IMG/VR virus record: IMGVR_UViG_3300049846_000628
Coordinates: 1 to 64,000 of that record
Direction: 5' to 3' (one strand)
Length of the DNA: 64,000 nucleotides
Made by a program: the position numbers and the translations under genes. Shown here piece by piece: positions 47,285-57,668 of this stretch. Each line of letters starts with the position of its first letter. Position 1 is the stretch's first letter. The notes under the pieces are model-generated. The model made no database searches. It worked only from the letters and a program-made list of their open reading frames with translations, and was not told the origin of the DNA.

Positions 47285-47440
47285 TCAGAGACCCTCAGTA
47301 TCTTTCAACCATTCTTTGCAGTAATCGTAATCACCAAACATAAACTCATCACACTCTGCTGCTTCTTTATAAGCATTCAGAATTTCCTGTTCACACCATT
47401 CATCATAGTTTGAATCCTGAGAAAGTATTTTTGGTAACAT
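47285..47440 (-). CDS. Small acidic protein (51 aa, MLPKILSQDSNYDEWCEQE...)
   Basis: Manual translation; its first codons overlap the duplicated nrdB tail. Confidence 0.65.
   Translation of the reverse strand: MLPKILSQDSNYDEWCEQEILNAYKEAAECDEFMFGDYDYCKEWLKDTEGL
47403..47440 (-). pseudogene. nrdB: Orphan copy of the last 12 codons of nrdB (VTKNTFSGFKL*)
   Basis: 33/38 nt identical to 48503..48540. Confidence 0.8.
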
Positions 47441-47892
47441 TAGATTATATTACACCCTGGTTCTAATAATTTATATCTCTTTCCATCATAAGCAACTCCA
47501 GAGTAATAATTTGCAGTATTCAAAACGGAGAATATATTGTATTCTCTTCCATCACCAAATGGCGTTATATCTATCAAGTTTCCATAAGTATTCTTCCAAA
47601 TACTATGATATATTGCACACCCGTAAGTTTCATCATCAACATCTGTGATTAGGTAATAACCACTTAGTTTTTCTCCACCATAAGTGCTTACATAATGATT
47701 TACATTATTGTGACAGTTTGCATCGGAACATAATGGTTTAGATACTACGGGAACTTTTAGCAGAGTACTTGAAAATTTACAATACTCTTGAAGTTTTATT
47801 ACACAATCATCTTCTGGTAGTGATATTCTAAACTTTCTCAATACTCCATCCATTTTTTCTTGGCCCTCTTCTATCGTACTTAATTGCGGCAC
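47440..47892 (-). CDS. Hypothetical protein (150 aa)
   Basis: ORF track. Confidence 0.65.
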   Translation of the reverse strand: MPQLSTIEEGQEKMDGVLRKFRISLPEDDCVIKLQEYCKFSSTLLKVPVVSKPLCSDANCHNNVNHYVSTYGGEKLSGYYLITDVDDETYGCAIYHSIWKNTYGNLIDITPFGDGREYNIFSVLNTANYYSGVAYDGKRYKLLEPGCNII

Positions 47893-48442
47893 TCATAGTA
47901 GCATATGAAATATTTTGAGACTTACAAAACTCTTTTAATGCTCCAATAATAATATACTCTTTATTTTCTGGAGAAACAATTCTCCAAGTTTTAGAGTTTG
48001 GATTATCTTTACCAAATTTTGGTGCTTTATTTTGACTTATTTTATTTCTTGTTTCTTGTGATAATTTAACACCATATCTTGGATTGTTCTTACCAGCAAC
48101 CTTTTCACTTATTCTTTTCTTTGCTTCTTCACTATGTTTTCTTCCGCTAAATCCCTTCGTTCTCTGTCCTCCAGGTTTTCCTTCTCCACCAAGATTTTGA
48201 TTTAACAGAACTCCACCATCACACTCTCTTTTCCAAAGTGCTATATGCTTTATCTCAAGTTCTATTGCTTCTTCTTTGGATAGTCCAGATTTTACAATCC
48301 ACCTTCTTTCTCTTGGAGGCAAAATTTCAGCACCATTTTTTCGGGAATGACTGGAATTAATTCTTCTTGGTCTTCCATAACCAACATAAAAGGGAGAACT
48401 AAAGTCCTCCCTTAAGTAATAATACAGAATATAGTTATTCAT
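47828..48442 (-). CDS. GIY-YIG homing endonuclease with NUMOD3
   Basis: YILYYYLRED..PFYVGYG.PRR; RKHSEEAKKRISE. Confidence 0.9.
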   Translation of the reverse strand: MNNYILYYYLREDFSSPFYVGYGRPRRINSSHSRKNGAEILPPRERRWIVKSGLSKEEAIELEIKHIALWKRECDGGVLLNQNLGGEGKPGGQRTKGFSGRKHSEEAKKRISEKVAGKNNPRYGVKLSQETRNKISQNKAPKFGKDNPNSKTWRIVSPENKEYIIIGALKEFCKSQNISYATMSAAIKYDRRGPRKNGWSIEKV

Positions 48443-48502
48443 TTTAAGACTGAACTTACCTATTACTATTTATATAATACACTATTTCAGTCTTAAAGTC
48501 AA

Positions 48503-49687
48503 TCATAATTGGAATCCAGAAAAAGTATCTTTGGTAACATCTTGCTTAATACCACCAACAATATATGACTGTACCTGCGTTTGCTGTGGTGCCACTTGAA
48601 GTCCCTTAGAACTGATCCAATGTTCGGTCCAGGGAAGTGGATTATTCTTCGCAGGAATATCATAAAGTGGTTTCAGTCCAATTGCCTTCATTCTACGATT
48701 TGCAATCCATTCAACATACTGTTGCAACAATTTGTCGTTCAGACCAATCATCGAACCATCCTTGAACAGATACTCTGCCCAAAGTTTTTCCTGATTTACA
48801 GCATTCTCAAAAGTCTTGTAGACCCACTGTTCTTCTTCTTTAGCAATACGTGCCATCTCAGGATCATCACCCTCTTTCCACTTATTCATAATGTTCTGAG
48901 TGATAACCAGATGCTGGTTCTCATCACGGGCAATTAGTGAGATGATTTTTGCACTTCCTTCCATAAGCTTGAGTTCGCCAAATGCAAAACTACAAGCGAA
49001 GCTGACGTAAAAGCGAATACCTTCAAGAATATTAACGTTTGCAACTGCTCTAAAGAGTTTGCGTTTGAGTTCATACCTTGCTTCTTGTGCGTAGGGTACT
49101 TGTTCTAATGCGTGAACCCACTCATTTGAATTATCATACTGATGAGCACTATTGATAAAGTCGTTGTATGCCTGAGTTACACTCACAGCACGTTCCATAA
49201 TACGATCATCTTTCAGAATAGTATCAAAAATTTCAGATGGGTCTGAATAAACATTTTTGATAATATAGGTGTATGAACGGGAATGGATCATCTCCATAAA
49301 CTCCCATACCTTCATACAAGCTTCCAGTTCGGGAAGGGAACAGTAAGGCGCGAACGCCATACCAGGACCACGACCCTGAACTGAGTCCAGCATCACCTGA
49401 TACTTGAGATTGCTGGTAAAGATGTGTTTTTGCTCTGGGCGTAGCATATGATAATCGCTACGATCTTTTTGAAGAGATACCTCTTCGGGTCTCCAGAAAT
49501 AACCCAATTGCTGTGTTGTTAATTTGTCGAAAATTGGATACTTGTAAGAATCGTATCTCTGTATTCCTAGTGGTTGCCCAAAAAACATTGGTTGCTTTTT
49601 GGTATCTACTTCATTGGAGTTAAAAACGGTCATAGACTCGACCACTTTTTTATCCTCCAAACCTGTTTTAAATCTTACAAGACTCAC
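48503..49687 (-). CDS. nrdB: Ribonucleotide reductase class Ia beta subunit
   Basis: FWRPEE, EMIHSRSY, ILEGIRFY, RDENQH. Confidence 0.97.
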   Translation of the reverse strand: MSLVRFKTGLEDKKVVESMTVFNSNEVDTKKQPMFFGQPLGIQRYDSYKYPIFDKLTTQQLGYFWRPEEVSLQKDRSDYHMLRPEQKHIFTSNLKYQVMLDSVQGRGPGMAFAPYCSLPELEACMKVWEFMEMIHSRSYTYIIKNVYSDPSEIFDTILKDDRIMERAVSVTQAYNDFINSAHQYDNSNEWVHALEQVPYAQEARYELKRKLFRAVANVNILEGIRFYVSFACSFAFGELKLMEGSAKIISLIARDENQHLVITQNIMNKWKEGDDPEMARIAKEEEQWVYKTFENAVNQEKLWAEYLFKDGSMIGLNDKLLQQYVEWIANRRMKAIGLKPLYDIPAKNNPLPWTEHWISSKGLQVAPQQTQVQSYIVGGIKQDVTKDTFSGFQL

Positions 49688-51965
49688 AATCTTCCTCCTC
49701 TGATTCTAGAATTTCGGACATTAAACTTTCAAGCGACTGTTTGGTTTCTTCAACTTCATCAGTCTTAGCATCATAAGTGTTTTGATAGTAGCTGGTTTTC
49801 CAGCCGTACTTATATGTAGTCAAAAGGTCTTGCGCCATTACTGAAGTAGGAACTTCATTATCGGGATAATGCTCTGGATTATAGGACCAGTTTCCAGAAA
49901 TCGCTTGATCAAAGAACTTCTGCATAACAGCGACAATATTAATGTAACCGCGATTGCTAGGCATATCCCAAAGCAACGTATAGTTGTTCTTAAGAGTTTG
50001 ATACTGGGGAACAATTTGCTTAAGTGGACCCTTCTTTGACTTCTTAATGGACAGATATCCGCGTGGTGGTTCGATTCCATTAGTTGCATTTGACACAACG
50101 GAACTGCTCTCCGATGGCATCTGTGCGGACAGTGTTGAGTTTCTAACCCCATACTGCTTAACCTGTACTCTAAGACCTTCCCAATCATATTTCAATTCAT
50201 TTGGAACGATTTCATCCACATCCTTTTTGTATGTATCAATCGGAAGAATCCCTTGACCATACTTGGTGCGATGAGAGTATTCACAAGCACCCTTTTCTTT
50301 AGCAAGGTTAACCGTTGCCTGAATGAGATAGTATTGGAATGCCTCAGTCAGATCATGTACTAGTTTCCAAGCACCAGGATCGTCATAATGCTCCCCGTTC
50401 TTAGCAAGATAGTGAGCAAGACCAATATAACCAATACCAAGAGAACGACGCGCTCTGGTGGCGATTTCCGCCGCTTTGACGGGGTATCCTTGGAAGTCAA
50501 TCAGTTCGTCCAGAGAACGCACTGAAAGGTCACAGAGAGCGTCTAGATCATCAAGAGACTTAAGTTTACCAACATTGATAGCACTCAAGATACAGAGGGC
50601 AATTTCACCCTCAGTATCATCAATATGTTGAATAGGTTTAGTAGGAAGAGTAATCTCTTGGCATAGATTACTCATCTCAACCTTATCAACAAAAGAAGAG
50701 TGAGAGTTGCAGTGATCGATGTTCATAATGTACAAACGACCAGTTTCTGCTCGCTCTTTTAGAAGGTCCAAAAAGAGTTCTTGAGCTCCGATAGTTTTTC
50801 TTGGAATAGACTCATCTCGTTCGTAACTAACATATAAGTCGTCAAATCCATCAGTGCCAAAAGCATCATACAGACCAGGAACGGAGTGAGGAGAGAAGAG
50901 GGAAATTTCTTCGTTGCGGATGAATCGTTCATAGAACAGTTTGCTGATTTGGATACTGTAGTCTAACTTACGAACACGGTTATCTTCGGTTCCTTTGTTA
51001 TTCTTTAATACTAGGATGTCTTCGATTTCTTGGTGCCAGATTGGAAAGTGGACCGTCGCGCTTCCTCCTCGTATACCATTTTGCGTACAGCAACGGACAG
51101 TGCTTTCAAACTTTTTGAGAAACGGTACAACGCCAGTGTGCTGGACTTCCCCACCTCTAATTTTACTGTTGATACCACGGATTCGACCTGCGTTGATACC
51201 GATTCCCGCCCTTTGTGCAACGTATCTACCAATAGCCATATCAGAGCTAAAGATAGAATCGAGGGTGTCATCAACATCAACAAGAACACAACTAGCATAT
51301 TGTCTAAGTGGCGTTCGCACTCCTGCCATGATGGGAGTTGGAATGTTGATTTTGTGCTTGGAGATTGCGTCATAGTACCTCTTAACGTAATCTAGACGGG
51401 TTTCTTTAGGATACTTGGAAAAGATTGTTGCAGCAATCAAAAGGTACATAAACTGTGGCGTTTCATAAAGTGCCCCAGTGCTTCTGTCCTGCACGAGGTA
51501 CTTATCAACGACCTGACGTAGACCTGCATAAGTAAACAGATAGTCACGGCTATGATCAATGAACGACTGAAGTTTATCAAACTCTTCATCAGTATAAAGA
51601 TCAAGAATTTCTGAGTCATAAACACCTCTACCAACACAAAGCTCTACGTGTTGCTTTACTGTTGGGCATTCGTGCATACGACCAAACAACTGCTTACGGA
51701 GAGCAAACAGAAGTAGGCGGGCTGCAACAAATTGATAGTTTGGGTGCTCTAAATCAATCAGGTCAGAAGCAGAACGAATCAGGATCTCCTGAATCTCTGC
51801 AGTTGTAATACCATCATAAAATTGAATACCAGACTGCATCTCTACCTGAGATGTAGATACATTAGCAAGATCTTTACAGGCTTCTTCCACCATAATGTGG
51901 AGTTTATTTAAATCAAGGGGTTCGGTTTTACCATTTCTTTTAACGACTTTCGTTCCGTTGCTCAT
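49668..51965 (-). CDS. nrdA: Ribonucleotide reductase class Ia alpha subunit
   Basis: ATP cone; SNLCQEI; KTSYYQ; C-terminal CESCKI. Confidence 0.98.
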   Translation of the reverse strand: MSNGTKVVKRNGKTEPLDLNKLHIMVEEACKDLANVSTSQVEMQSGIQFYDGITTAEIQEILIRSASDLIDLEHPNYQFVAARLLLFALRKQLFGRMHECPTVKQHVELCVGRGVYDSEILDLYTDEEFDKLQSFIDHSRDYLFTYAGLRQVVDKYLVQDRSTGALYETPQFMYLLIAATIFSKYPKETRLDYVKRYYDAISKHKINIPTPIMAGVRTPLRQYASCVLVDVDDTLDSIFSSDMAIGRYVAQRAGIGINAGRIRGINSKIRGGEVQHTGVVPFLKKFESTVRCCTQNGIRGGSATVHFPIWHQEIEDILVLKNNKGTEDNRVRKLDYSIQISKLFYERFIRNEEISLFSPHSVPGLYDAFGTDGFDDLYVSYERDESIPRKTIGAQELFLDLLKERAETGRLYIMNIDHCNSHSSFVDKVEMSNLCQEITLPTKPIQHIDDTEGEIALCILSAINVGKLKSLDDLDALCDLSVRSLDELIDFQGYPVKAAEIATRARRSLGIGYIGLAHYLAKNGEHYDDPGAWKLVHDLTEAFQYYLIQATVNLAKEKGACEYSHRTKYGQGILPIDTYKKDVDEIVPNELKYDWEGLRVQVKQYGVRNSTLSAQMPSESSSVVSNATNGIEPPRGYLSIKKSKKGPLKQIVPQYQTLKNNYTLLWDMPSNRGYINIVAVMQKFFDQAISGNWSYNPEHYPDNEVPTSVMAQDLLTTYKYGWKTSYYQNTYDAKTDEVEETKQSLESLMSEILESEEEDCESCKI

Positions 51966-52933
51966 ATTTTCTTCCAGTTGTTAAACTTAATTTTTGCTTC
52001 TAAACCTGAGTAGGTATTTGATTCTAACATATTCATAACATTAAGTCCAGCGAGCACCATATCATTGATATCTTTTTGCTCAATGGATGTTGGCCAGATA
52101 ATCACCTTGTCTCCTCTGTTGATGATTTTTGATATTCGGTTGACGATTTCTCGATTACGTGGTTCGTTATCAAAAACGTAAATATAATCGCACCAACCAA
52201 ACGACCCAATATCAAGGTCGGACCCACACATAGCAACAGAATTTTGTATAAACGTGGAATCGAAGGGTCCTTCAACGATGTAAATGGGTTTCGAAGAATC
52301 AACTTTGTCCATCCCATAGATTTTTGGTGCATCATCAGAAAGCATCACAGTAATATATTTAACAGGGTTAGGACCTAGTGCTCTTCCCTGAAAACCAATC
52401 AAGTTACTTTCAGTATCGTACATTGGTATAATAATGCGACTCTCATCCCTACCAATAGTGTCGAACGTAACTTTTTGAGTGTTTGCCCACTCTTTAAATT
52501 TGTGAGCAAAATAAAACTTTTCAGGATCAAGTCGTCTTTTTTCTAGATATTCTCTAGCGATTTGTACTTCTGATGCTTTAGGTAAATCCAGTTTCTTCTT
52601 AAAGACTGGTTTGGTGAATTCAAACTTAGGTTCTTCTGTAACGAAGTTCTTTCCAGTATGCCCTTCCTTAAACTTCTCCATCGTGTATTGTTTGTACAAT
52701 ACTGCATCTAATTCTTTGAGAAAGTTGTTGAAGGACATACTTGCACCACAATTATGGCACTTAAAGTTGGTATTGTTCTTCACGGGGTAAATATATCCCC
52801 TAGCCCTGTTCTTATTGCGCTGTGAGTCTCCACAGATAGGACAGCGGAAGTTGTAGAGATCCGCTTTAACCCTCTTAAATTTTTGCAGGCGTGATGAAAC
52901 TAATCCAATATACTTGGAATCAACCAAATCCAT
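51962..52933 (-). CDS. DNA primase (T4 gp61-like)
   Basis: RCPICGDS..CHNCG; IVEGPFDS. Confidence 0.95.
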   Translation of the reverse strand: MDLVDSKYIGLVSSRLQKFKRVKADLYNFRCPICGDSQRNKNRARGYIYPVKNNTNFKCHNCGASMSFNNFLKELDAVLYKQYTMEKFKEGHTGKNFVTEEPKFEFTKPVFKKKLDLPKASEVQIAREYLEKRRLDPEKFYFAHKFKEWANTQKVTFDTIGRDESRIIIPMYDTESNLIGFQGRALGPNPVKYITVMLSDDAPKIYGMDKVDSSKPIYIVEGPFDSTFIQNSVAMCGSDLDIGSFGWCDYIYVFDNEPRNREIVNRISKIINRGDKVIIWPTSIEQKDINDMVLAGLNVMNMLESNTYSGLEAKIKFNNWKKI

Positions 52934-52945
52934 TATGAAGGAGCA

Positions 52946-53302
52946 TTACTTCGTGCGTTCTAGTGTAGCAGGAGTTGAAATGAAAGTCAATAACCTTGGG
53001 ACAAATGCATTAATAGTCCCAATCACAACAACAGCTACGGCAAGAACCCCACCAACTTGCCATCTAAACTTATAAAGACCATCTAATTTAGTTTCTATAT
53101 CATCCACTTTTTTACAAAGTTCAGTATCATCTTTATTACACTGCTCTATACGTTCCTCGTGAACTGCTAACATTCGGCAAATATTTTGATTCGTCTCACT
53201 CAAAGTTTGTATTGCAGTATCAACCTTATCAATAATTTGTTCGTGTGCTTTGAATCTTTCTTGAAGCACAGCTAGTTCTACTTTAGAATCGTTGCCGAAC
53301 AT
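52946..53302 (-). CDS. Coiled-coil membrane-anchored hypothetical protein
   Basis: Probable start MFGNDSK. Confidence 0.6.
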   Translation of the reverse strand: MFGNDSKVELAVLQERFKAHEQIIDKVDTAIQTLSETNQNICRMLAVHEERIEQCNKDDTELCKKVDDIETKLDGLYKFRWQVGGVLAVAVVVIGTINAFVPRLLTFISTPATLERTK

Positions 53303-53306
53303 TTTC

Positions 53307-53519
53307 CTATTGCGGTGGTTTTCTTCTTTGCATCCAACGTTTGCGAGAACCTGCACCAAGATATGCGTTTTTCTTCTTCTTAGGAAACACTGGGGGTGTT
53401 TCTGTATTTGGATTAAAACCAAGACCAGCGGCATTTGCTGCGTTAGTGGGTCCAGAAACCATAGCAGCATCTTCTTTTAGATCACGGATGATTTGAATTA
53501 ATCTATCTAACTTATCCAT
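53307..53519 (-). CDS. Hypothetical protein
   Basis: Probable start MDKLDR. Confidence 0.55.
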   Translation of the reverse strand: MDKLDRLIQIIRDLKEDAAMVSGPTNAANAAGLGFNPNTETPPVFPKKKKNAYLGAGSRKRWMQRRKPPQ

Positions 53520-53890
53520 TAAATTGCTTGCAATTGTGAAAGACATTCAAGATCTTCTGGAATGTCGTGAATCTGAGTTCTTGGATATTCTGGAAAACGA
53601 TTCAAAAATAAAAGAAAACTTTTAATTGCTGGCCAAAGATCTTTGTCCAAATTATAAAATAATAAAGGGACGGCAGCATCATTAAAAACATTAAAAAGAA
53701 TTGTTAAATGATTTAGAATAAGGTGAGTTTTGATCTCACCCGTATTCTTATATCTTTTTAACAATCTTTTAACATAACGAATTCTTTTTAAGTCAGATTC
53801 GAAATCCTCCATAGTCACTGCCTGGGGATTATCATAGAATTTTATAGCAAATAACAAATAGTTATTTTCATTCAATTCATCAAATCTCAT
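53519..53890 (-). CDS. Conserved T4-like hypothetical protein
   Basis: FAIKFYDNP...KRIRY..RL...LILNH. Confidence 0.75.
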   Translation of the reverse strand: MRFDELNENNYLLFAIKFYDNPQAVTMEDFESDLKRIRYVKRLLKRYKNTGEIKTHLILNHLTILFNVFNDAAVPLLFYNLDKDLWPAIKSFLLFLNRFPEYPRTQIHDIPEDLECLSQLQAI

Positions 53891-53899
53891 ACCATATTA

Positions 53900-54454
53900 T
53901 CAGCTATCTGGGAATCTTGAGTCATCGTTTGCATCTGATGTTGTTGAAATTCCACCAGCAACTAATACCTCACTCTTGACTCTAAAGTTTCCATGAGTAT
54001 CAACATATGTAGTTACGCCAACCCAACCAGAGTGTGCAACTGCATATGCTGCATTTTTACCACCGACAGTTCTACCAGCAGCAACAGCAACCTCAAGTTG
54101 ATCTACACCAAATACAGATGAAAATCTATTTGCTTTTACATCTGGAGCAAAATATTGACCATCTTCAAGAGTGAATTTTGGTTTCTGAGTTACTGTGTAA
54201 GCAGCACCAACAATTCCACCATTGAGAGGAATTAAGAACTGAGTTGATCCAATTGAAAGTAAAGTTGCCGAAGTTATTCCAGTAACTACTGCTTGACCAT
54301 AAGTAGCACCAACACCAATTACAAGAATATCGCCTGTTGAAATTCCCGCAGTTACGAAAGTCGTTCCGCTTCCGGTTACTGTTTCGGTAGCAAGATTGAT
54401 TGTTATAGTTCCAGTTAGATTGCTTAAAGAATCTTTATTGCCCCAAAGAGCCAT
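53900..54454 (-). CDS. Probable virion structural protein
   Basis: MALWG start; late promoter upstream. Confidence 0.55.
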   Translation of the reverse strand: MALWGNKDSLSNLTGTITINLATETVTGSGTTFVTAGISTGDILVIGVGATYGQAVVTGITSATLLSIGSTQFLIPLNGGIVGAAYTVTQKPKFTLEDGQYFAPDVKANRFSSVFGVDQLEVAVAAGRTVGGKNAAYAVAHSGWVGVTTYVDTHGNFRVKSEVLVAGGISTTSDANDDSRFPDS

Positions 54455-54542
54455 GTTTTCTTACCTATAATTCTTTTATACTGATATTTATAAAAAAAGG
54501 AGACCTTTACTTTCGGTCTCCTATCTTCTGATTTTTTAGAAA

Positions 54543-56303
54543 TCAGTCAAACCTAGAACTTTGATTCTCTTCAGATCTACGAGCAGCAGCGCGACGCAGT
54601 GCTACTCTTTGTGCTGGTGATTGTGGAGCACCATACTGACCAGCAACTGGTGGTTTTTTACCAGGGACTTTTTTACGTTGTCCAGCAGGTTTTCCAGTTT
54701 GCTGACGCATAGCATCTTTTACAATCTCAACAGCTCTATTTCTTGGTGCTCTTGGAGTTCCTGCTTCCTTTTCTTCCCTTCTTCTTTCATCAATGACTTC
54801 ACCTTCTGGTTCATAAGACTGATTTACAACTTGCTGAGTTCTAGCGGCAACTTGTTTTTGTAAAGGAGTTTGTGGTCTGCGCTTATCGATAATCTGTTTA
54901 TTTTGATTTGATCCAGCACCAAGAGATTGACCAGCTTGACGAATAGCACCCTTAACTGCAAATCCTACAGGATCGGCCAAGTTTCTTTGAAAGTTTCTGG
55001 CACCTTGTTCTGCAGATGTTTTTGGATTTGCACCTATAGCACCAGCAAGTCTTGATAATCCAACACCAATACCCATCCCCTCATCAACGGTTTCTTCAGA
55101 AGCAACCATTACAATAGGGTTTTTAACACCCATTGCTCTCAACTTATTCTTAGCAAGATTGATTTTAGTTGGAAGTTCTCTAGCATCCCCGATTGAACCC
55201 TCACCCTTCTTAAGTTTTGGTTCATTATCACATCCACAATCTGCTTCCTCTTTATGAACTGGAAGACCTTTATGCTTGGTTTTAGCAAATTTCTTTGCCT
55301 CTTTCTTGCTCATTCCCGCTGCTGCTTTTGCAACTTCAGGAGATGCTGCTGGTTTACCTTGCTTTGCAGCATAAACCATTCCCATAAAGCGTTGCTGCGC
55401 TTGACTTACTGCCTTTTCAACAATAAATGGTCCTTCCATTTCGTGATGTGCGACCATTGTAGAAGATATTCTAGCACTTCCTGGTGCTTGAGGGGAAATA
55501 ACGACCTTGTTCTTACCCTTCATCACATCAATCTTTTTATCATTCGCATCAGGATTAGATGATTCACCTTCGTGAATAAAATCCTCACTTACACCTTTTC
55601 TTTTTGAAATTGCAGCACCACGAACTTTTCTACGATTCAGAAGATAAGAATCAGTCTTATCCTTATCTCCATTATTATCGATATCGCCATCTTCTTTACC
55701 AACAGGATCTAAACCTTTACCTGCTTTTGCTCTTGCAGTTTGCTCGCCCTTTTTCTTTTCACCCTCATAAGGTTCACCATATCCAGTCATTTCAACAGAT
55801 TCAATATTTGGATTTGCACGAAGATCATTAATTTTTTGACGATCGGCATATCTTACATATGAACGACCATCTTTTCCAGTAACTCTTACCTTATACTTTC
55901 TATGCTCAGCAGTATCTAACTTCTCCATATAAGTTAGACGAATTGGTTCTTCTTCTTTCTCAACACCCTCCACAAAAACCTTATAGAGTGCAGATGCAAT
56001 ACTATTGGAAGCAAGTTCTTCAATCTGATAGTCTTCTTTCATTTGACCACCCTTACCAAAGAGTTTTTGCTTTACCAGAGTCTTTTCTTGCTGACTCATA
56101 CTACTATTCGCCATATATTGGGAATACGCTTGCTGAAGAGGAAGTTCTTCTCTTCTAGCACGATAGCGAATATCATAAATCGCTTGCTTTACTCTTTTCT
56201 CAGGCGACTTTCCACCCTCTTCCTTTTTATCCTTACCACCACCAACGGCGGCAGCAGGAGCATGTTTTCTTGCTGGAAGCTCTTCAGCAATATGTTTTTT
56301 CAT
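54543..56303 (-). CDS. Large basic hypothetical (probable virion) protein
   Basis: ORF track. Confidence 0.6.
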   Translation of the reverse strand: MKKHIAEELPARKHAPAAAVGGGKDKKEEGGKSPEKRVKQAIYDIRYRARREELPLQQAYSQYMANSSMSQQEKTLVKQKLFGKGGQMKEDYQIEELASNSIASALYKVFVEGVEKEEEPIRLTYMEKLDTAEHRKYKVRVTGKDGRSYVRYADRQKINDLRANPNIESVEMTGYGEPYEGEKKKGEQTARAKAGKGLDPVGKEDGDIDNNGDKDKTDSYLLNRRKVRGAAISKRKGVSEDFIHEGESSNPDANDKKIDVMKGKNKVVISPQAPGSARISSTMVAHHEMEGPFIVEKAVSQAQQRFMGMVYAAKQGKPAASPEVAKAAAGMSKKEAKKFAKTKHKGLPVHKEEADCGCDNEPKLKKGEGSIGDARELPTKINLAKNKLRAMGVKNPIVMVASEETVDEGMGIGVGLSRLAGAIGANPKTSAEQGARNFQRNLADPVGFAVKGAIRQAGQSLGAGSNQNKQIIDKRRPQTPLQKQVAARTQQVVNQSYEPEGEVIDERRREEKEAGTPRAPRNRAVEIVKDAMRQQTGKPAGQRKKVPGKKPPVAGQYGAPQSPAQRVALRRAAARRSEENQSSRFD

Positions 56304-56314
56304 GAGAAAATTTA

Positions 56315-57619
56315 CTACTTACGCTTTTTTCTATACTTATTTATGAAATCAATTCCGTATGCTACACCACCAGGTTGTAAATTCTCTTTACCAGTTCCAA
56401 CAGCACCTGGAGTTTGCTTAGCAGCATACTTAAAATATCCTGTTGTTCCAATCAAAGTATTTGGTTTTCCAGGTTCACGATACATTCTGCTCATTTTTGT
56501 CTCAGTATATTCTCTCAAATCTTTAATCCAAGACTTGAACATCATACCAGACTCGCTTACACAAATCAGATAGTTAGTTCCTCTACGAATGATACGACCA
56601 ACCATACCAGTGTTGAGATTTTCTACTACCTCACCAATTCTAAAAATAGATTCTTGCAAGTAATTTTCACGAAGATTTTTAAAGTCAAACTTAGGTGCAA
56701 TCTCCCAAATATCCCATCCTTCTTTTACGCTCATCGCACCACGAAGAATATTGAATAATTCTTTTGCTTCTGCTGGTTTTACTTCAGGAGGAAGACCTGA
56801 TCTAAAAGTTTTAAAATCATTTTCAGCGGCAGCAAGTCTCATCCTTGATGCAGACATTCCTTCTACACCTTGAGCATCAGGATCTCTGTCTCCAGCAGAT
56901 ACAACTTCAATATTATCAAAATTATAAAGTTGACCATTATATTGGTTGGAAAGTTTTTCAAATTCTTTAACTCTATCACCACCACCAACAATTCTCACAC
57001 CAGCATAACCATTATTATGAGCCATCTTCAATACATCAAAGATAGTCTTTGTGTTTGCATCATTAACGATATTCCCAGCGTGATTGGGATAAAACTTTTG
57101 CATATAATTAATCTTAGTATCAGGATCAAGAGGATTCTTCTTCTTATCCTGACTACGTGATGGGAAGATTAAATATTGCCCATCTTTATCTTGTGATGCT
57201 GCTGCAGCCGCTACATCCATCAACTGCTGATGCCCAATCGTTGGTGGATTAAAACGACCAAAAGCAACTGTAAGAGTTCCTTTCGTTTTAGGAACTGGTA
57301 AATACTGAGCAGGTGGTTGTTCCTCTGCTGCTGCCTGTTGTTCAGGGGCAGGTGCTTGTTGTTGAACTTCTGGTTGTTGAACTAATGCTGGATCAGTATA
57401 TCCTGGAGAAGCAATTGTCTTTTCCTTCTCAGTTTGTGCTGGATCTTTTCCTCCAACTCTTTGGCGCTTATTATAAAACTTAAGTTTCCCACCTTCAGTT
57501 TTCGCTACAAACTCTCCCTGACGGTCATACCAACCGCCGTGACCATCACCAACAAGACCAAGACGCTGTGCTTGCTGAGAGGCAGATGCTTCTGCTATAA
57601 ATTGGAAAAAACTTTTCAT
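56315..57619 (-). CDS. Cytidyltransferase-like protein
   Basis: FGRFNPPTIGH; MSASRMR. Confidence 0.88.
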   Translation of the reverse strand: MKSFFQFIAEASASQQAQRLGLVGDGHGGWYDRQGEFVAKTEGGKLKFYNKRQRVGGKDPAQTEKEKTIASPGYTDPALVQQPEVQQQAPAPEQQAAAEEQPPAQYLPVPKTKGTLTVAFGRFNPPTIGHQQLMDVAAAAASQDKDGQYLIFPSRSQDKKKNPLDPDTKINYMQKFYPNHAGNIVNDANTKTIFDVLKMAHNNGYAGVRIVGGGDRVKEFEKLSNQYNGQLYNFDNIEVVSAGDRDPDAQGVEGMSASRMRLAAAENDFKTFRSGLPPEVKPAEAKELFNILRGAMSVKEGWDIWEIAPKFDFKNLRENYLQESIFRIGEVVENLNTGMVGRIIRRGTNYLICVSESGMMFKSWIKDLREYTETKMSRMYREPGKPNTLIGTTGYFKYAAKQTPGAVGTGKENLQPGGVAYGIDFINKYRKKRK

Positions 57620-57668
57620 TATTTACTTAATATTGTGTAACCAATTACTCCTTGTAATTATATTTATC

